A stretch of DNA of 64,000 nucleotides from NCBI RefSeq assembly GCF_004010195.1, contig NC_057720.1, positions 15,516,430-15,580,429 of the forward strand, read 5' to 3'. This DNA comes from Chiloscyllium plagiosum (Eukaryota). The notes under the pieces were generated by a model. That model was given only the letters and a program-made list of their open reading frames with translations. It searched no databases and had not been told where the DNA came from. This document shows positions 52,218 through 64,000 of this stretch, piece after piece. The first letter of the stretch is position 1; each line of letters opens with the position of its first letter. The position numbers and the translations under genes were made by a program.

Positions 52218-53231
52218 AATCCAGATATTACTACTCTCGAGGACCTCCTTTTTAAATTTCTGCCTAACTCTCTGTAATCTCTCTTCAGAGTCTCAACCTT
52301 TTCCCTTCCTATGTCATTGGTTCCAATGTATACAATGACCTCCTGTTGACCCATCTCCCCCGTGAGAACATTCTGCACCCTCTCTAAGACATCATTGATC
52401 CTGGCACCAGGGAAGCAACACACCATTCTGATTTTTCACTGCTGGCCACAGAAATGTCTGTCTGTACCTCGGATTAGAGAGTCCCCTAACACAATTGATC
52501 TCTTGGAACCTGACGTACCCATCATTGCATTAGAGCCAGTCTCAATGCTAGAAATGTGGCTGTTCGTGCTATTTTCCCCTGAGAATCCATCACCCCCTAC
52601 ATTTTCCAAAACAGCTTACTTGTTTGAATTGGGGTTAGCCACAGATGACTCCTACATTAACAGCCTACCTCTCTTACCTTTCCTGGAGTTAACCCATCTT
52701 TGTGACTGTATCTGCAACTTTTCTCCCTTCCTGTAACTGCCATCCATCATGTCCCCTTGCTCTTGTAAATTCCTCATTATCTCTAACTGTCTCTTCAACG
52801 GATCCATTCAATCTGATAGGATTCGCAACCAATGGCATTTATTGCAGTATAATCCTCAGCAACCCGTAAACTCTCCCTAAACTTGCACATCTGGCAAGAA
52901 GAGCATATGACTTTACTAAAGGCCATTTTTGTTCCTTCACAATCTGCAGACCCAGAAAATAGCACCGTCTTATTCCTCTACAAAACACTGCTCCAGGTTA
53001 AATTAATAGTTAAGGCTTGTATTTTAAGTTTAATCAAAAGACATATCTCAATAAAACATATAATCAAGAAAGAACCCACTCTACTCACTACTGCAGACTC
53101 ACTGTAAGGGCATGGTTAAATATTCACTTCTATCTCTGTGCTGCAACCTCTCCCAAACAGGTTCCTCCAAGATCAGTTGTGAATTTCACTGTTTGTTAAT
53201 TTTCCCAGACACACTCCAATGTCCAGCGATT

Positions 53232-53852
53232 TGTAGAGGAGGCCACATTGAGCGCGACGGATGCAATAAATGAGGTTCAAGGATATACAGATCAATCTCT
53301 TCTGGATTTGGAATGATCCTCTGGGACCTTGACTGAGGTGAGGGAGGAGGTGTAGGCGTAGGTTTTACACCTCTTCTGGTGGCAGGCGACGGTGCCAGGT
53401 GTGGTGAGGAGGTTAGTTAGAAGTATGGATCTAATGAGGGAGTCAGGGAGGGAACAGTCTCTACGGAATGCAGATGGGGTGGGGAGGGAAATATACTTTG
53501 GGTGATGGGGTTTGATTGTAGGTGATGAAAATGGTGGAGGATGGGTACGCTGAATCTGGAGACTGGTGGGTGGAAAGTGAGGACCTGGGGCTTCTAGGTA
53601 TAATCAAGGTAGCTGTGGGAGTTGTTCATTTTGTAGTAGATGTCTGTGTTGCGTCAGTCGCTGGAGATAAAGACAGAGAGGTTCAGGAAGGGGAGGGAGG
53701 TGTCGGAGATGGTCCAGGTGAATTTGAAGTCAGGCTGGAAGGTGTTGATATGGTGAATGAACAATTGAAGTTCCTTGTAAGAATGAGAGGTGGCGCCGAT
53801 ATAGTCATCGATATAGTGGAGAAAAAATGGGGTATGGTGCCAGTGTGGCTGT
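53232..53852 (-). mobile_element. Penelope-like element (Neptune-type), 5' part: RT, linker and GIY-YIG N-half
   Basis: Minus strand FLHYIDDYIG..FKFTWTISDTSLPFL..TDIYYK..HSYLDY, the Cys linker GTVACHQKRCKT, and LIYCIRRAQCGLLY. Confidence 0.85.
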
Positions 53853-54039
53853 GACTACTTCATCATCAAGATGGCGACAGAGTAGGGCTCCTGTGCTGGG
53901 GCTCATCTGAGCTGACTGTTTTTCATTTATTTTCTTTACTTTTTTTCCTTTATTTCACTTATTTTCCTTTACTTACCATCGGTGGCAATGAGGAATCCCA
54001 GCATGGACTTGAGTGAGCCTAAAACATACCTCGCGGCAC

Positions 54040-54445
54040 CATATCCACAAGCTTTCACTCCCTTCATCACCCTCTCTCAGTAGCAGTAGTGTGTACTGTC
54101 TACAAGATGCACTGCAGAAATTTACGAAGGCCCCTTGTACAGCACCTTCCAAATCCACGACCACTACCATCTAGAAAGACAAGGGGTACATGGGAACACC
54201 GCCACTTTTAAGTTCCTCTGCAAGTCGCTCACCATCCTGACTTGGAAATATATCGCTGTTCCTTCACTGTCGCTGGGCAAAATTCCTGGAATTCCCTCCC
54301 TGAGGGCATTGTGAGGTCAACCTGCAGGATGTGGACTGCAGTGGTTCAAAAAGGCAGCTCACCACCACCTTCTCAAGGGCAATTGGGGACGGGCAATAAA
54401 TGCTGGCCCAGCCAGTGATGCCCACATTCTATAAGTGAATAAAAA
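54040..54445 (+). mobile_element. LINE-X 3' end
   Basis: HSLHH..YKMHC..QHLPNP.., followed by the tail gggcaataaatgctggcccagcc..tgaataaaaa. Confidence 0.7.
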
Positions 54446-54796
54446 TAACATTGCTTTGGTTGTGAGGTGTCCTTGTTCCAAAGAAGTGACTTTCAGTATC
54501 TGCTGCTTATCCTTCTCTCTGTGTTAGATTGTTTATACCTTAAAGAGTTTTTTTATAGAATCCATAGTGTGGAAACAGGCCCTTTGGCCCAACAAGTCCA
54601 CACCGACCCGCTGAAGAGCAATCCACTCAAACCAATTCTCCTACATTTACTCCTGACCAGTTGATAGGTTCTGTTGTTCCGCTATGGGAAGATTGCCCTT
54701 TATCTCTCATGATTCTTCTGTGATTCTTTCAGCTGTCAAAAAAATCCTGGTTAGGTCTCACTTGGAATACTGTGAGCAGACCTGGGCATCATATAT

Positions 54797-55099
54797 TCTT
54801 ACAGCGTGGAAACAGGCCCTTCGGCCCAACAAGTCCACACTGACCATCTGAAGAGCAACCAACCCAGACCCATTTCTCTACATTTACCCCTTCTCCTAAC
54901 ACTACAAGCAATTTAGCATGGTCAATTCACCTAGCCTGCACATTTTTGGACTGTCGGTGGAAACCGGAGCATCCGGAGAAAACCCACAAAGACATGGGGA
55001 GAATGTGCAAACTCCACACAGACAGTTGCCTGAGGCAGGAATTGAACCTGGGTCTCTGGCGCTATGAGGCAGCAGTGCCAACCACTGTGCCATCGTGCC
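54797..55099 (-). mobile_element. HE1-like V-SINE inside a CR1 remnant (about 54740-55620)
   Basis: Reverse A/B boxes and V-domain. Confidence 0.85.
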
Positions 55100-55341
55100 G
55101 TCCATATTGTCCTTGGAGTTGATATAATGGAGGCTTACAGGAATGATACCTGGACTTCAGGGGTAGATTGTACAAATTAGGCTTGTTTTCTCTAGAATTT
55201 AGAACATTAAGGGATGATCTGATCAAACTTTCAAGATATTAACAGGAAAAGACAAGGGAGATAAAGATATACTATTTGCACTGGTTGGGGATTCTAGAAT
55301 TGTGGGATATTATCTGAGAATCAGAACCAGACTTTTCAGAA

Positions 55342-55454
55342 GAGCTGAAAATGTGTTGCTGGAAAAGCGCAGCAGGTCAGGCAGCATCCAAGGAGCAGGA
55401 GACGTTTTGGGCAGGAGACCTTCTTCAGGAAGCTGATGTGCTTCCTAACATCTC
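55342..55454 (-). mobile_element. Family C fragment with appended inverted target copy
   Basis: gagctgaaaatgtgttgctgg..ccttcttcaggaa, followed by a 23-bp inverted copy of flanking DNA. Confidence 0.8.
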
Positions 55455-56341
55455 CTTTTAGAAGAGATGTTAGGAAGCACATCAGCACACAAAGGACTGT
55501 AGAGCTGTGGAAATATCTTCCATGAATGACAATTAATGCTAGATCAGTTGTTCATCTTAAATCTCACATGATAATTTTTGATAAGCAAACATATTGAGAA
55601 ATATTAGCCAAAGGAAGGGATGGTGAATGATGATTTTCCCACTCTTATTGAAGCTTCAAAAGTCTTATCTTCTACTGCTAGACTCTGACTGTTTTAAATT
55701 TCAAAATGTCCCTTTTTTCACCTCAGTTCTGCTTTGTGACATTTTTGCTGCTGCAGCTTTGATTTCGAGTGTTTCAATGCCTCTTGGATTCCCTATTGCA
55801 GCTGTGCCCTTTGTAAGGTGTAAGGTGTGCCCTTTGACATCCCTTCACTATGGCAGCAATGCCTGTTGTGAGGTGTAAGTTGTAAGTACTCCTTTTTTGA
55901 CTTCTAGCCTTTTCCGTAGATTTAATTTTACACCATTAGAGATTCTTTTCTTGTCCCAAGAGAGATTTCTACCTTTACCCACAAAGCTCTGAGTCCATCG
56001 CTGCACGGCCAAACCCTAACCAGGAATGCTCTTATAGATCGTCATTGCCAATGGATTCTGTAACTGCCAGCTACAACTAATCTTTAAGCTCTTTCTAACT
56101 CACAATGCTTCCTCTGTGCATTTTACCAGATCTGAAGTAGAAGCTTTAGCCTGGATTGTTGTTTTGGCTTTGTTGGTCTTTCATTGAGTATCTGCTGAGT
56201 GTTTGTTTGTTGAAGTGCTTGCATCGACAGACTAAGTAGTTCTTAGAGTGGTTAATTCTTTAAAACCGTAAACTCAGCTGGTCTTCTGGAAAATTTCTTC
56301 TCCTGGTTCCAATTAATTTGTTCACGATTGTCCCTGGTGAT

Positions 56342-56649
56342 GGCACGGTGGCTCAGTGGTTAGCACTGCTGCCTCACAGCATCAGGATCCCAGGTTCAAT
56401 TCCAGCCTCAGGCAACTGTCTGTGTGGAGTTTGCACATTCCCCCCATGTCTGCGTGGGTTTTCTCCGGGTGCTCCGGTTTCCTCCCACCATCCAAAGATG
56501 TACAGGTCAGGTGAATTGGCCATGCTAAATTGCCCATAGTGTTTGGTGCGTTAGTCAGAGGGAAATGGGTCTGGGTGGGTTACTCTTCAGAGGGTTGGTG
56601 TGGACTGGTTGGGCCAAAGGGCCTGTTTTCATACTGTAAGGAATCTAAT
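56342..56649 (+). mobile_element. HE1-like V-SINE
   Basis: ggcacggTGGCTCAGTGG..GGTTCAATTCC, V-domain and tail. Confidence 0.9.
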
Positions 56650-57026
56650 TGGATGAAGTGATGATGTCCACTTCTGATTACTGTGTGATATTTGTGCGTA
56701 GAAGGATGTTGCTGTTATTCTTTGTTTCTTGACTATATCAAATGGCCTATTTGGTTTAAAGTGGTAGGCATATACCACTCGTGAGTCTTAAAAAGATGCA
56801 GTTTATTGGATGATAGCTATCAGATCCAGGTTACCTTATTAAGAGAGGCAGGAACGAGGTCCAAGATGGCGGCGACCCAGCAAATCTGAGTTTATAGTGC
56901 TCCTCCCAAGACTTAGGCAAAGTGGGTCACCCACCCCACCACACTCATCAAATTATTCAAAATAGTTTTTACTTAATGTAATTAGTTGCTTAGTACTACA
57001 TTTAAACAATTTAATCTCCAGTAAAA

Positions 57027-57849
57027 ATGACTAAAGGGAAGGGAGCCCGCAGTTCTCAGCAGGCAGGAACCCCTTGCCACCCTCTCCAGCTGCAGCAGAG
57101 GTGTCCGCAGCTGCCCCGGGGGACTTACCTACGGTGGCGAGCCTCGCGGAAATAATCTCTAAACTCGATGCGAAGATCGATGCTTTCATTGAAGCCAATG
57201 GGACTCCCTTTCAGCCGCGTTACAAAAACATGACCGAGACATCAAAGAAATTGAGCGCCGAGTCGGAGGGGCAGAGCTAAAGGCCGCGACCTCTGAAACT
57301 ACAGCAGAATCGGCCGTGGATCGGGTCTGGACTTGCAAATAGCGAGTCCGGATCTTAGAGAATCACATTGACGACCTCGAGAATCAAGGTCGTTGAAAAA
57401 ATATTCGTTTGCTGGGCCTTCTTACAGCGTTTCTCGAACAGTGGCTTCCACAGCTGTTAAATCTGGAGGCTGGATCAGGCCACGTAAGGGTGGAATGGGC
57501 CTACCGGGTTGCAATACGTGGGCCTGGCTCGAACCAGCGCCCTCACCTGGTCCTGTTCCGGCTGCAGAGCTATAAGTAGAGGCAGATGCTCTTTGAAGCT
57601 TCCAGAAATCTTGGGAAAGATCCCCAAACCATGATTTATAAAGGATCCAAGATTATGTTATTCCAGGACTTTTCCCCAGCTCTGGTCTGAAAGAGGAAGG
57701 CGTTTGATGAAGCGAAGAAGTGTTTAAGGGACTTAAATATTCAGTACTCCTTACGCTACCCAGCGACGTTACGCTTTAACCATGAAGGATCCGTGTATAA
57801 CTTTGGATCACCGGAAAAGGCCAAGGAATTTTTGGACTCTCTTAGATAA
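57027..57849 (+). pseudogene. L1 ORF1 (Transposase_22-like)
   Basis: MTKGKG.., ENHIDDLENQGR*KNIRLLGL, FQDFS..KRKAF..YSLRYPATLRF..SPEKAKEFL. Contains stops and frameshifts. Confidence 0.85.
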
Positions 57850-58554
57850 ATTGTAAGATTTAATTGATGTTATTTTGCTCTCCCCCCACTCCGGTTTACA
57901 TCCCCTTTTTTTAATATTAATTCCTTTTTTTACCTTATTGTTTAATATTATCTTCGGGGGCATGGGAAGAAGGATTTATTTATTTGTTTCTACTTAGCGA
58001 TTTTCTCCCCCTTTTTTTTCTTTTCTTTATATATATATTGGCCGGGGGAGGTGGTTACCTTATCCTGTTTTATTTCTGTCTTTAGGAGCGGGGTTGTTTT
58101 CCCCTGTCATTTTGTATTATTATGTTTAATTATTACTTGTTGAGGTTGTAATTTTATAGTTATATATGTTTATACATGGTATTAACATTACCAAATATAT
58201 CCAGGTGTTGGTTTGGGTGGGGGGGGGGGAGGTAGGGTGCTCACTGTTAACTCTAGCTCTGTAGTATATTTGAATTTTCTTCATCCTATCGAGGAGTGCC
58301 TGGATCAAGGGTGGGTCACTGGTTGGGAGAGGATACGATGGACTGTTGGAAAGGAAGTGATACCCCCTGGGAACAAGGGGGAAAATCTCTATTTAAATAC
58401 GTTTTGTTTTTTTTAAATTTAGAAATAGTTTTTTATTATATCGATGTGAGTGTATTAAAGAGCCTTTATTTTTGTAAATTTTATATGCTCTATGCTCGGG
58501 ATGTTCTGGATAAGGTTTCCCCTCCCAAGGGGTCTCGGACTTGCCTGGATGATT

Positions 58555-61500
58555 ATGGTTGTTCAGTAGGTTAAGTGGTGCACCTGGAATGTCAAGGGGA
58601 GTAATTCACCAGTCAAAAGGAAGAAAATATTATTAAACCTCAAGAAAGAAAGGGTTGATGCAGCTCTTCTACAGGAGACACACTTATTGGATAAAGAACA
58701 CTTGAAATTATGACAGGGTGGATTTGATCAGGCCTTTTTTTCTTCTTTCAGCTCAAAAAGCAGGGGAGTTGTTATTCTTATTCGGAAGAATTTCCCTTTC
58801 AAAATCCTAAATCAGATAAAAAACGAATCTGGACGATATATTCTGATTAAAGCCCTTATAAATGGGGAGGAATATGGGATCTTAAATTTGTATTCCTCCC
58901 TGGCACATTCTTTTAAATTTATAACGGAAGCCTTCTCAAAATTGATGGCCCTCGGTGCTCATCATAGGGGGAGATTTTAATTGTATTATGGACCCGGAAA
59001 TAGATAGGATTCCCAAGAGTACTGCAGGAATATCTCCCAGATCTAGACAATTAGTGAATTTGAACTAGGATTAGTAGATGCATGGACAATCCACATAAAT
59101 GTCATACCTGAATCGATATGTTTTTTGCCCCCTCGATTTTTTAAAATTCCATATCATCCTGTAAAATAGGCAGTATACCAATTTCCAATCATGCTGCTGT
59201 ATATATGGAAATCAGGGCGAGGAACAATGAGACATCCCCCCCCGGCATTAGCGTACGGACCCCTTTCTGATGAAAGATAGTAAATTTGTAAAGTACTTCA
59301 CTCAAGAATTTAAAACTTTTTTAGAAATTAATTCAGGTACAGCTAGCAACCTATTAATGATGTGGAAGACCATCAAAGCTTACGCGTGAGATTTGATCAT
59401 CTCATACTCAGCGACCCAGAAAAACTTAAAGGGAGAACAACAGCGTCTGCTCAAAGCTCGCTTAAAAGCGGCTGAAACAGCATATGCTGACAGACCTTCT
59501 ATTATCAAATTACAAAGGATTATGGCCCTTAGGACAGCTCTAAACACCACGCTTACCCAAACGGCTAAGAGGGAAATATTATTTGCAAAACAAAGGTTAT
59601 ATGAATTTGGCAATAAACTTGGTAGATATTTAGCATTTCTCCCAAAGAAAAAGAAGGCCTCTCAAACTATCACGTCTATCAAGGAAAGTACATGTATTCT
59701 GACTCATGATCATCAAAGGATTAACGCAATCTTTAGAAAATTTTATTCTGATTTATATAAATCGCAGGATTGCGAAGACAGGACTAGGAGGATGCAGTCA
59801 TTTTTTAAAAACCTGACCTTTCCGGACCTAACTCCGGAACAGGTATCGGTCTTGAATGTTCCCCTAACAAGCCAAGAAATACTTGATGCAATCAGGCAAC
59901 TTCAGAGCGGTAAGGGGCCTGGCCCAGATGGTTTTCAAGCTGAATTCTATAAAGAATTTACAGAAATATTGGCTGGTCCACTTATGGACATGTATAACTA
60001 TGCATATAGTCAGGGTTGTCTCCTTCGCTGAAAGAGGCAAATATCTCTCTTATCCTCAAAAAAGAAAGGACCCAGAAGATTGCGCGTCATATAGACCAAT
60101 ATCTTTGATAAATGTAGATTTTAAAATCCTCTCTAAAACGTTAGCATTGAGGCTAGAAAGGGTATTGCCACACATCATCAAGGAGGGTCAGATGGGGTTT
60201 ATTAAGGGCCGTAGATCATCCAATAATGTTAGAAGGGTTTTGAATGTGATTCAAGCCTGCTATCAGGGAAAGACACCAGGAGTAGTATCATTAGATGCAG
60301 AAAAGGTATTCAACAGGGTTGAATGGTCATATCTGTTTTACACATTGGAAAGGTTTGGCATTGGAAAGGTGTTTACCAAATGGGTCGCAACATTGTATAG
60401 TGATCCCAAAGCAGTTGTGATTACCAATGGATTAGGTTCGGATAGCTTCAGTGTGGATAGGGGCTGCCGTCAGGGATGTCCTCTCTCGCCATTGCTATTT
60501 ATGCTAATAATCGAGCCACTAGCAGAAGCTATACGGACTGACCCTAATATAACGGCCCCGAGGATTGGTACAGGTAAACATAAAATTACCCTTTATGCAG
60601 ATGATGTTCTTCTATTCCTCAGTAATCCCCTGATGTCTGTGCCTCGCTTAATCCAAGTTCTTAATACATTTAGTGCATTTTCAGGCTATAAAATTAATTT
60701 CTCAAAATCGGAGGCTATGCCAATGAGTGGCCTTGCTAGTATATCCCACTTATTGGACATTAAAATGTATGTCCTGCCCCGTCTCCTATACCCTATGAGG
60801 ATGCTTCCGGTGATGCTGCCGAGGCTGGCACTACGTAAATTATATGGCTGGTTGGGTTCCTTTATCTGGAATCATAGACGGCCCCTCATTAAGTTGAAGA
60901 AGCTACAGCTTCCACAGGCAAGGGGAGGATTAGACTTCCTAGACTTTAGGAAATATCAGTTAAGTTCCCTATTAAGTTACATAGCTGATTGGGTCTTGTC
61001 TGATCCATAATCAATCTGGCTGGACATCGAGGCTTCTCAGGTAAAATGCCCACTTATTAACCTTTTATTTTCAGACAAGAGGAAAATCATTACGGATCAA
61101 TGTAAAAACTCTATAATACTAAACACAATTAAAGCTTGGAATATAATGCGGCAAAATGAGGGCAACTCACATAAAATATCCCCCTATGCTCCAATAGTGG
61201 AAGCATGGGGATTTCAGCTGGGGCTTACAGATGTCATTTTCAAACTCTGGAGATCCAGGGGTCTCATGTTTAGGGGATCTGTTTAAAGAAGGGGTCCTGA
61301 TGTCTTTTGAACAGCTGCGTCAGAAATTTGGATTACCTAATGGAGACCTCTTTCGATACTTCCAAATTCGAGACTGCATACAGAAGAAGACTATGTTATT
61401 AGATGGTCTTTATAAATCAGATAGAGAGTGTAGAGTGCTATGTCCCATGGGGATATCTTCCGTCAGCACTATTTATCATTTATTACATAATGAAGTATTG

Positions 61501-62120
61501 GGAGATATGGACAATCTGTTTAAAACATGGGATCAGGATTTGGGACTGAAAATCTCTATAGAAACGTGGAATGACATTTGGGAAAATGCCAGAAAAATCA
61601 ACATCTGCAACAGAACTCAGGCCATTCAGTTGAAGATACTTCATAGGGCCCGTATAGCACCGGACCGATTGGCAAAATTTAAGGCAGGAGCATCTCCAAT
61701 GTGTCCCAAATGTAAAATAGAGGTGGGCACTCTTGTACATTGCTTATGGACCTGTCATAAGTTTCGTAGATATTGGACTAAAGTAGCAAGTGCTCTGACA
61801 GAAATCTTAGCAACGGAAATTAGAGTGGGCCCTGTATCTCTCCTTTTGGGCTTTTCGAACTTACCCTCCCTGGATATGCACGAGAAGAGATTATTTTCTA
61901 TTCTCTCTTTCTGTGCAAGGAAAAATATTTTGGTAAACTGGGTGGCTGAGGGCCCCCCAGACTTTCGAATTGGCACAGAATAATCATGGAATGTATTCCC
62001 CTTGACTTCCTTACAAATATGGTGCACCAAAAGACCGCATTATTCCATAAAGTATGGCAGCCCTTCATGAATTGCACAAATACAGATATTTCGGCCATCC
62101 TAACAAGGGCTTTTATTTAA
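58555..62120 (+). pseudogene. L1 ORF2 (APE-RT-zinc knuckle)
   Basis: TWNVKG, LQETHL, GPGPDGF, YRPISLINVDFKIL, GCRQGCPLSPLLF, LYADD and CPKC..HCLWTC motifs. Multiple disablements. Confidence 0.95.
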
Positions 62121-62705
62121 TTGAGATGGCGAACCTGGCGGTCCGGGGCCCCTTGGGAGAGGAATCCCGTATGAATACGGGTTGATGTTAATACATGTAT
62201 CTCACTACCCAATTTCTGTGTTATCTGTTGTTTTTTTTTCTCTTCTTTGAATAATGTAAGAGACTTAATTATACACTATGGTTAGGTTGTAGGTTAGATT
62301 AGTAGTTAGTTGAGTTTTGTTTTTTTTCTCTCGGTATCCTTTTTTTGTTTGATAAATTTTGGTTATTATTTATTTAAGATTTAATTGTATATCAATGTTT
62401 ATATTTGGGATTTTTTATTTGTAAACTTGTAAAAATATGTTAAATTTTCAATAAAAATATCTACATAAAAAAAAGAGAGGCAGGAGCATTAAGGCCATGA
62501 GTGTACCAATGGAAAAAGACCTGCTCTCCGCTAGGACATAGGATGTTCTGTCTTATCCCCGTCCAAATCTGTATGACACCATCAGGCTGGATAGAGTTTA
62601 ATACAGTCTCCAACATTAACCCATTACTTTATATAACAATTTCCACCTGATTCACTATCTTACCCTGCACTGTGCAGTGACTATAAAGTGTACCTTCCGC
62701 AAGAT

Positions 62706-63366
62706 TGTTATGGACCACACCAAACCCGCTCAAAATACATAAAGAAAATGGCCTACACCACAACTTTCTCTTATTTTAAAGTCAATTGCCAGGTGTTTCA
62801 TTCTGGATGTAACTTGACTTTTCAAGCTACCAGGTTTGAAGCAAAACACACTTTTTTCTTACCCCATTGTTAAAATACAACAAAAGAAAGAAGAAATTGG
62901 AATAATTTAACTCTTTTAGAAAATTTAACAGAATGATACATTATTTAACTACTAAACAGCAACTGTTCCACTATAGTAACATCCCATAAATGCACCCTTG
63001 GCAAAAGGCAAATTCTGTAAAATAGACCGTCTCACAGGCAATTCTCCAGTTTAAGAGGAAAAACATCAAGAGAAAACTCAGAAAGAGAAAGAGAGATAGA
63101 GAGAGAAAGAGTAGGAGGGAAAGATATACTACTTCAAAACCCAGCAGCAATTACTACTGAGAAACTAAAACAAAAAATCCTGATTCTGTGGGAGCTTGAC
63201 CCCACCCATTCAGGCTGCTTCTATTGTTCCAACCTTAAAAAAGAATCCAAGGCCCCGCAAGCTGTTTACTTTATGGGCTTTGAAGCAGGACGATTGTCAC
63301 CTCTAATCTAAACCTTCCTTCATCAAAACAAAACTAGGAAAGAAGTAAAGCCATCGTATCATCACA
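62706..63366. mobile_element. Solo LTR inserted in a LINE-X 3' fragment (about 62640-63720)
   Basis: TG...CA termini and 4-bp TSD AGAT (62702-62705 / 63367-63370). The host sequence caagat|gcact rejoins when the insert is removed. Confidence 0.75.
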
Positions 63367-64000
63367 AGATGCACTACAACAACGCACCACGGTCCTTTGG
63401 CCGCACCTCCTAAACACACGGAATCAACATACCTGGAAGGACAAGGCCAGCAGATGTAAAGGAGTGGTACCACTTGCAAGGCCCTCCCCAAGTCAGAAAC
63501 CATCCCGACGTGGAAAGATATTGATGTTCCTTCACTGTCGTGAGTCTAAATCCTGGACCTGCCTTCCTGCCAGTACTGTGGGTGTACTTATACTCCATGA
63601 ACTGTAACAGATTAAGAAGGCAGCTCACTATTACCTTCTCAAGGACAATTAAGGAGGAACGACGAACACTGACCAAACCAGCAACATGTACATCCTGTGA
63701 CCAAATTGAAAAAGTAATGTCATTATACAGTCATCTCTGGGAAGGTAAAATAAAACTTATTTTTTCAAAATGATTCTGACATTCTTCTTATTCTTTCACC
63801 TATAATCCCCAACTGGTTTTTTAAATTTGATTTGTCTTATTTTATTAAATGTACTGAGATAGTGAAATGTGTCGAACTGTGTGCTATCCAGATAAATCAT
63901 ACTTTACATAAGTACATCAGGGTAATAGAACAGAATGCAGAATATAGTGTTTCAGCTACAGAGAACAATGAACTCTAACATATGAGAGGTCTATTCATAA

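Larger units (their letters stand above)
50796..52926 (-). pseudogene. CR1 ORF1 (zinc finger/leucine zipper + SGNH esterase), interrupted
   Basis: MAFSKVICSSCQM..CNKC N-terminus, CFPGARI..IGTNDIG..VVISGLLP, ending WEDLN*. Split by 51011-52217. Confidence 0.8.
47587..53230 (-). mobile_element. Full-length CR1 (HER1-like) LINE with nested insertions
   Basis: 5' UTR about 52927-53230, ORF1, ORF2 and (ctctatga)n 3' tail, all collinear. Confidence 0.9.
56854..62472 (+). mobile_element. Full-length L1 retrotransposon (disabled)
   Basis: 13-bp TSD AAGAGAGGCAGGA (56841-56853 / 62473-62485) at a TT/AAGA site, AATAAA at 62450-62455, short polyA and two ORFs. Confidence 0.95.

Noticed and set aside
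53522..53854. 110-aa plus-strand ORF
   Set aside because: Antisense shadow of the PLE RT.
3667..56539. Recurrent ORFs of the type MVAQWLALLPHS..CLCGVCTF
   Set aside because: These are translations of HE1-like SINE heads, not a protein family.
56760..62640. Small LTR-like host sequence around the L1
   Set aside because: Only one plausible terminus (tataaca) and a reverse AATAAA; no TSD found.
1..64000. CRISPR-like array or prokaryotic system
   Set aside because: No regularly spaced repeat-spacer units or operon-like ORFs. The repeats are dispersed retroelements.

Overview
Repeat-dominated, non-genic (intronic or intergenic) vertebrate DNA. The tRNA-derived V-SINEs (HE1-like) and their CR1/HER1-like partner LINEs point to a cartilaginous fish, most likely a shark (inference). 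No host protein-coding exon, rRNA, tRNA or CRISPR array can be supported; every recognisable ORF belongs to a retrotransposon. Main elements: a full-length but disabled L1 (56854-62472, 13-bp TSD); a full-length CR1 with zinc-finger/SGNH-esterase ORF1 and APE-RT ORF2 (47587-53230, minus) inserted into the GIY-YIG motif of a Penelope-like element (PLE); many truncated CR1, L2, Rex1/Babar and CR1-like copies; several SINE families; and two solo LTRs. The most notable signal is a dense set of short PLE-derived insertions from at least three families with unrelated sequences. They carry minimal type I hammerhead ribozymes (HHR) with covarying stems and palindromic helix III, often form fold-back palindromes with a 31-36 nt asymmetric tail, and several have 12-14 bp TSDs. 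Three of them have copied neighbouring target DNA at the ribozyme-side junction. Repeat-free islands near 36.9-38.2, 40.9-41.3 and 44.6-45.3 kb look like candidate conserved non-coding or enhancer sequence. All assignments were made by eye, so boundaries of degraded repeats are approximate.
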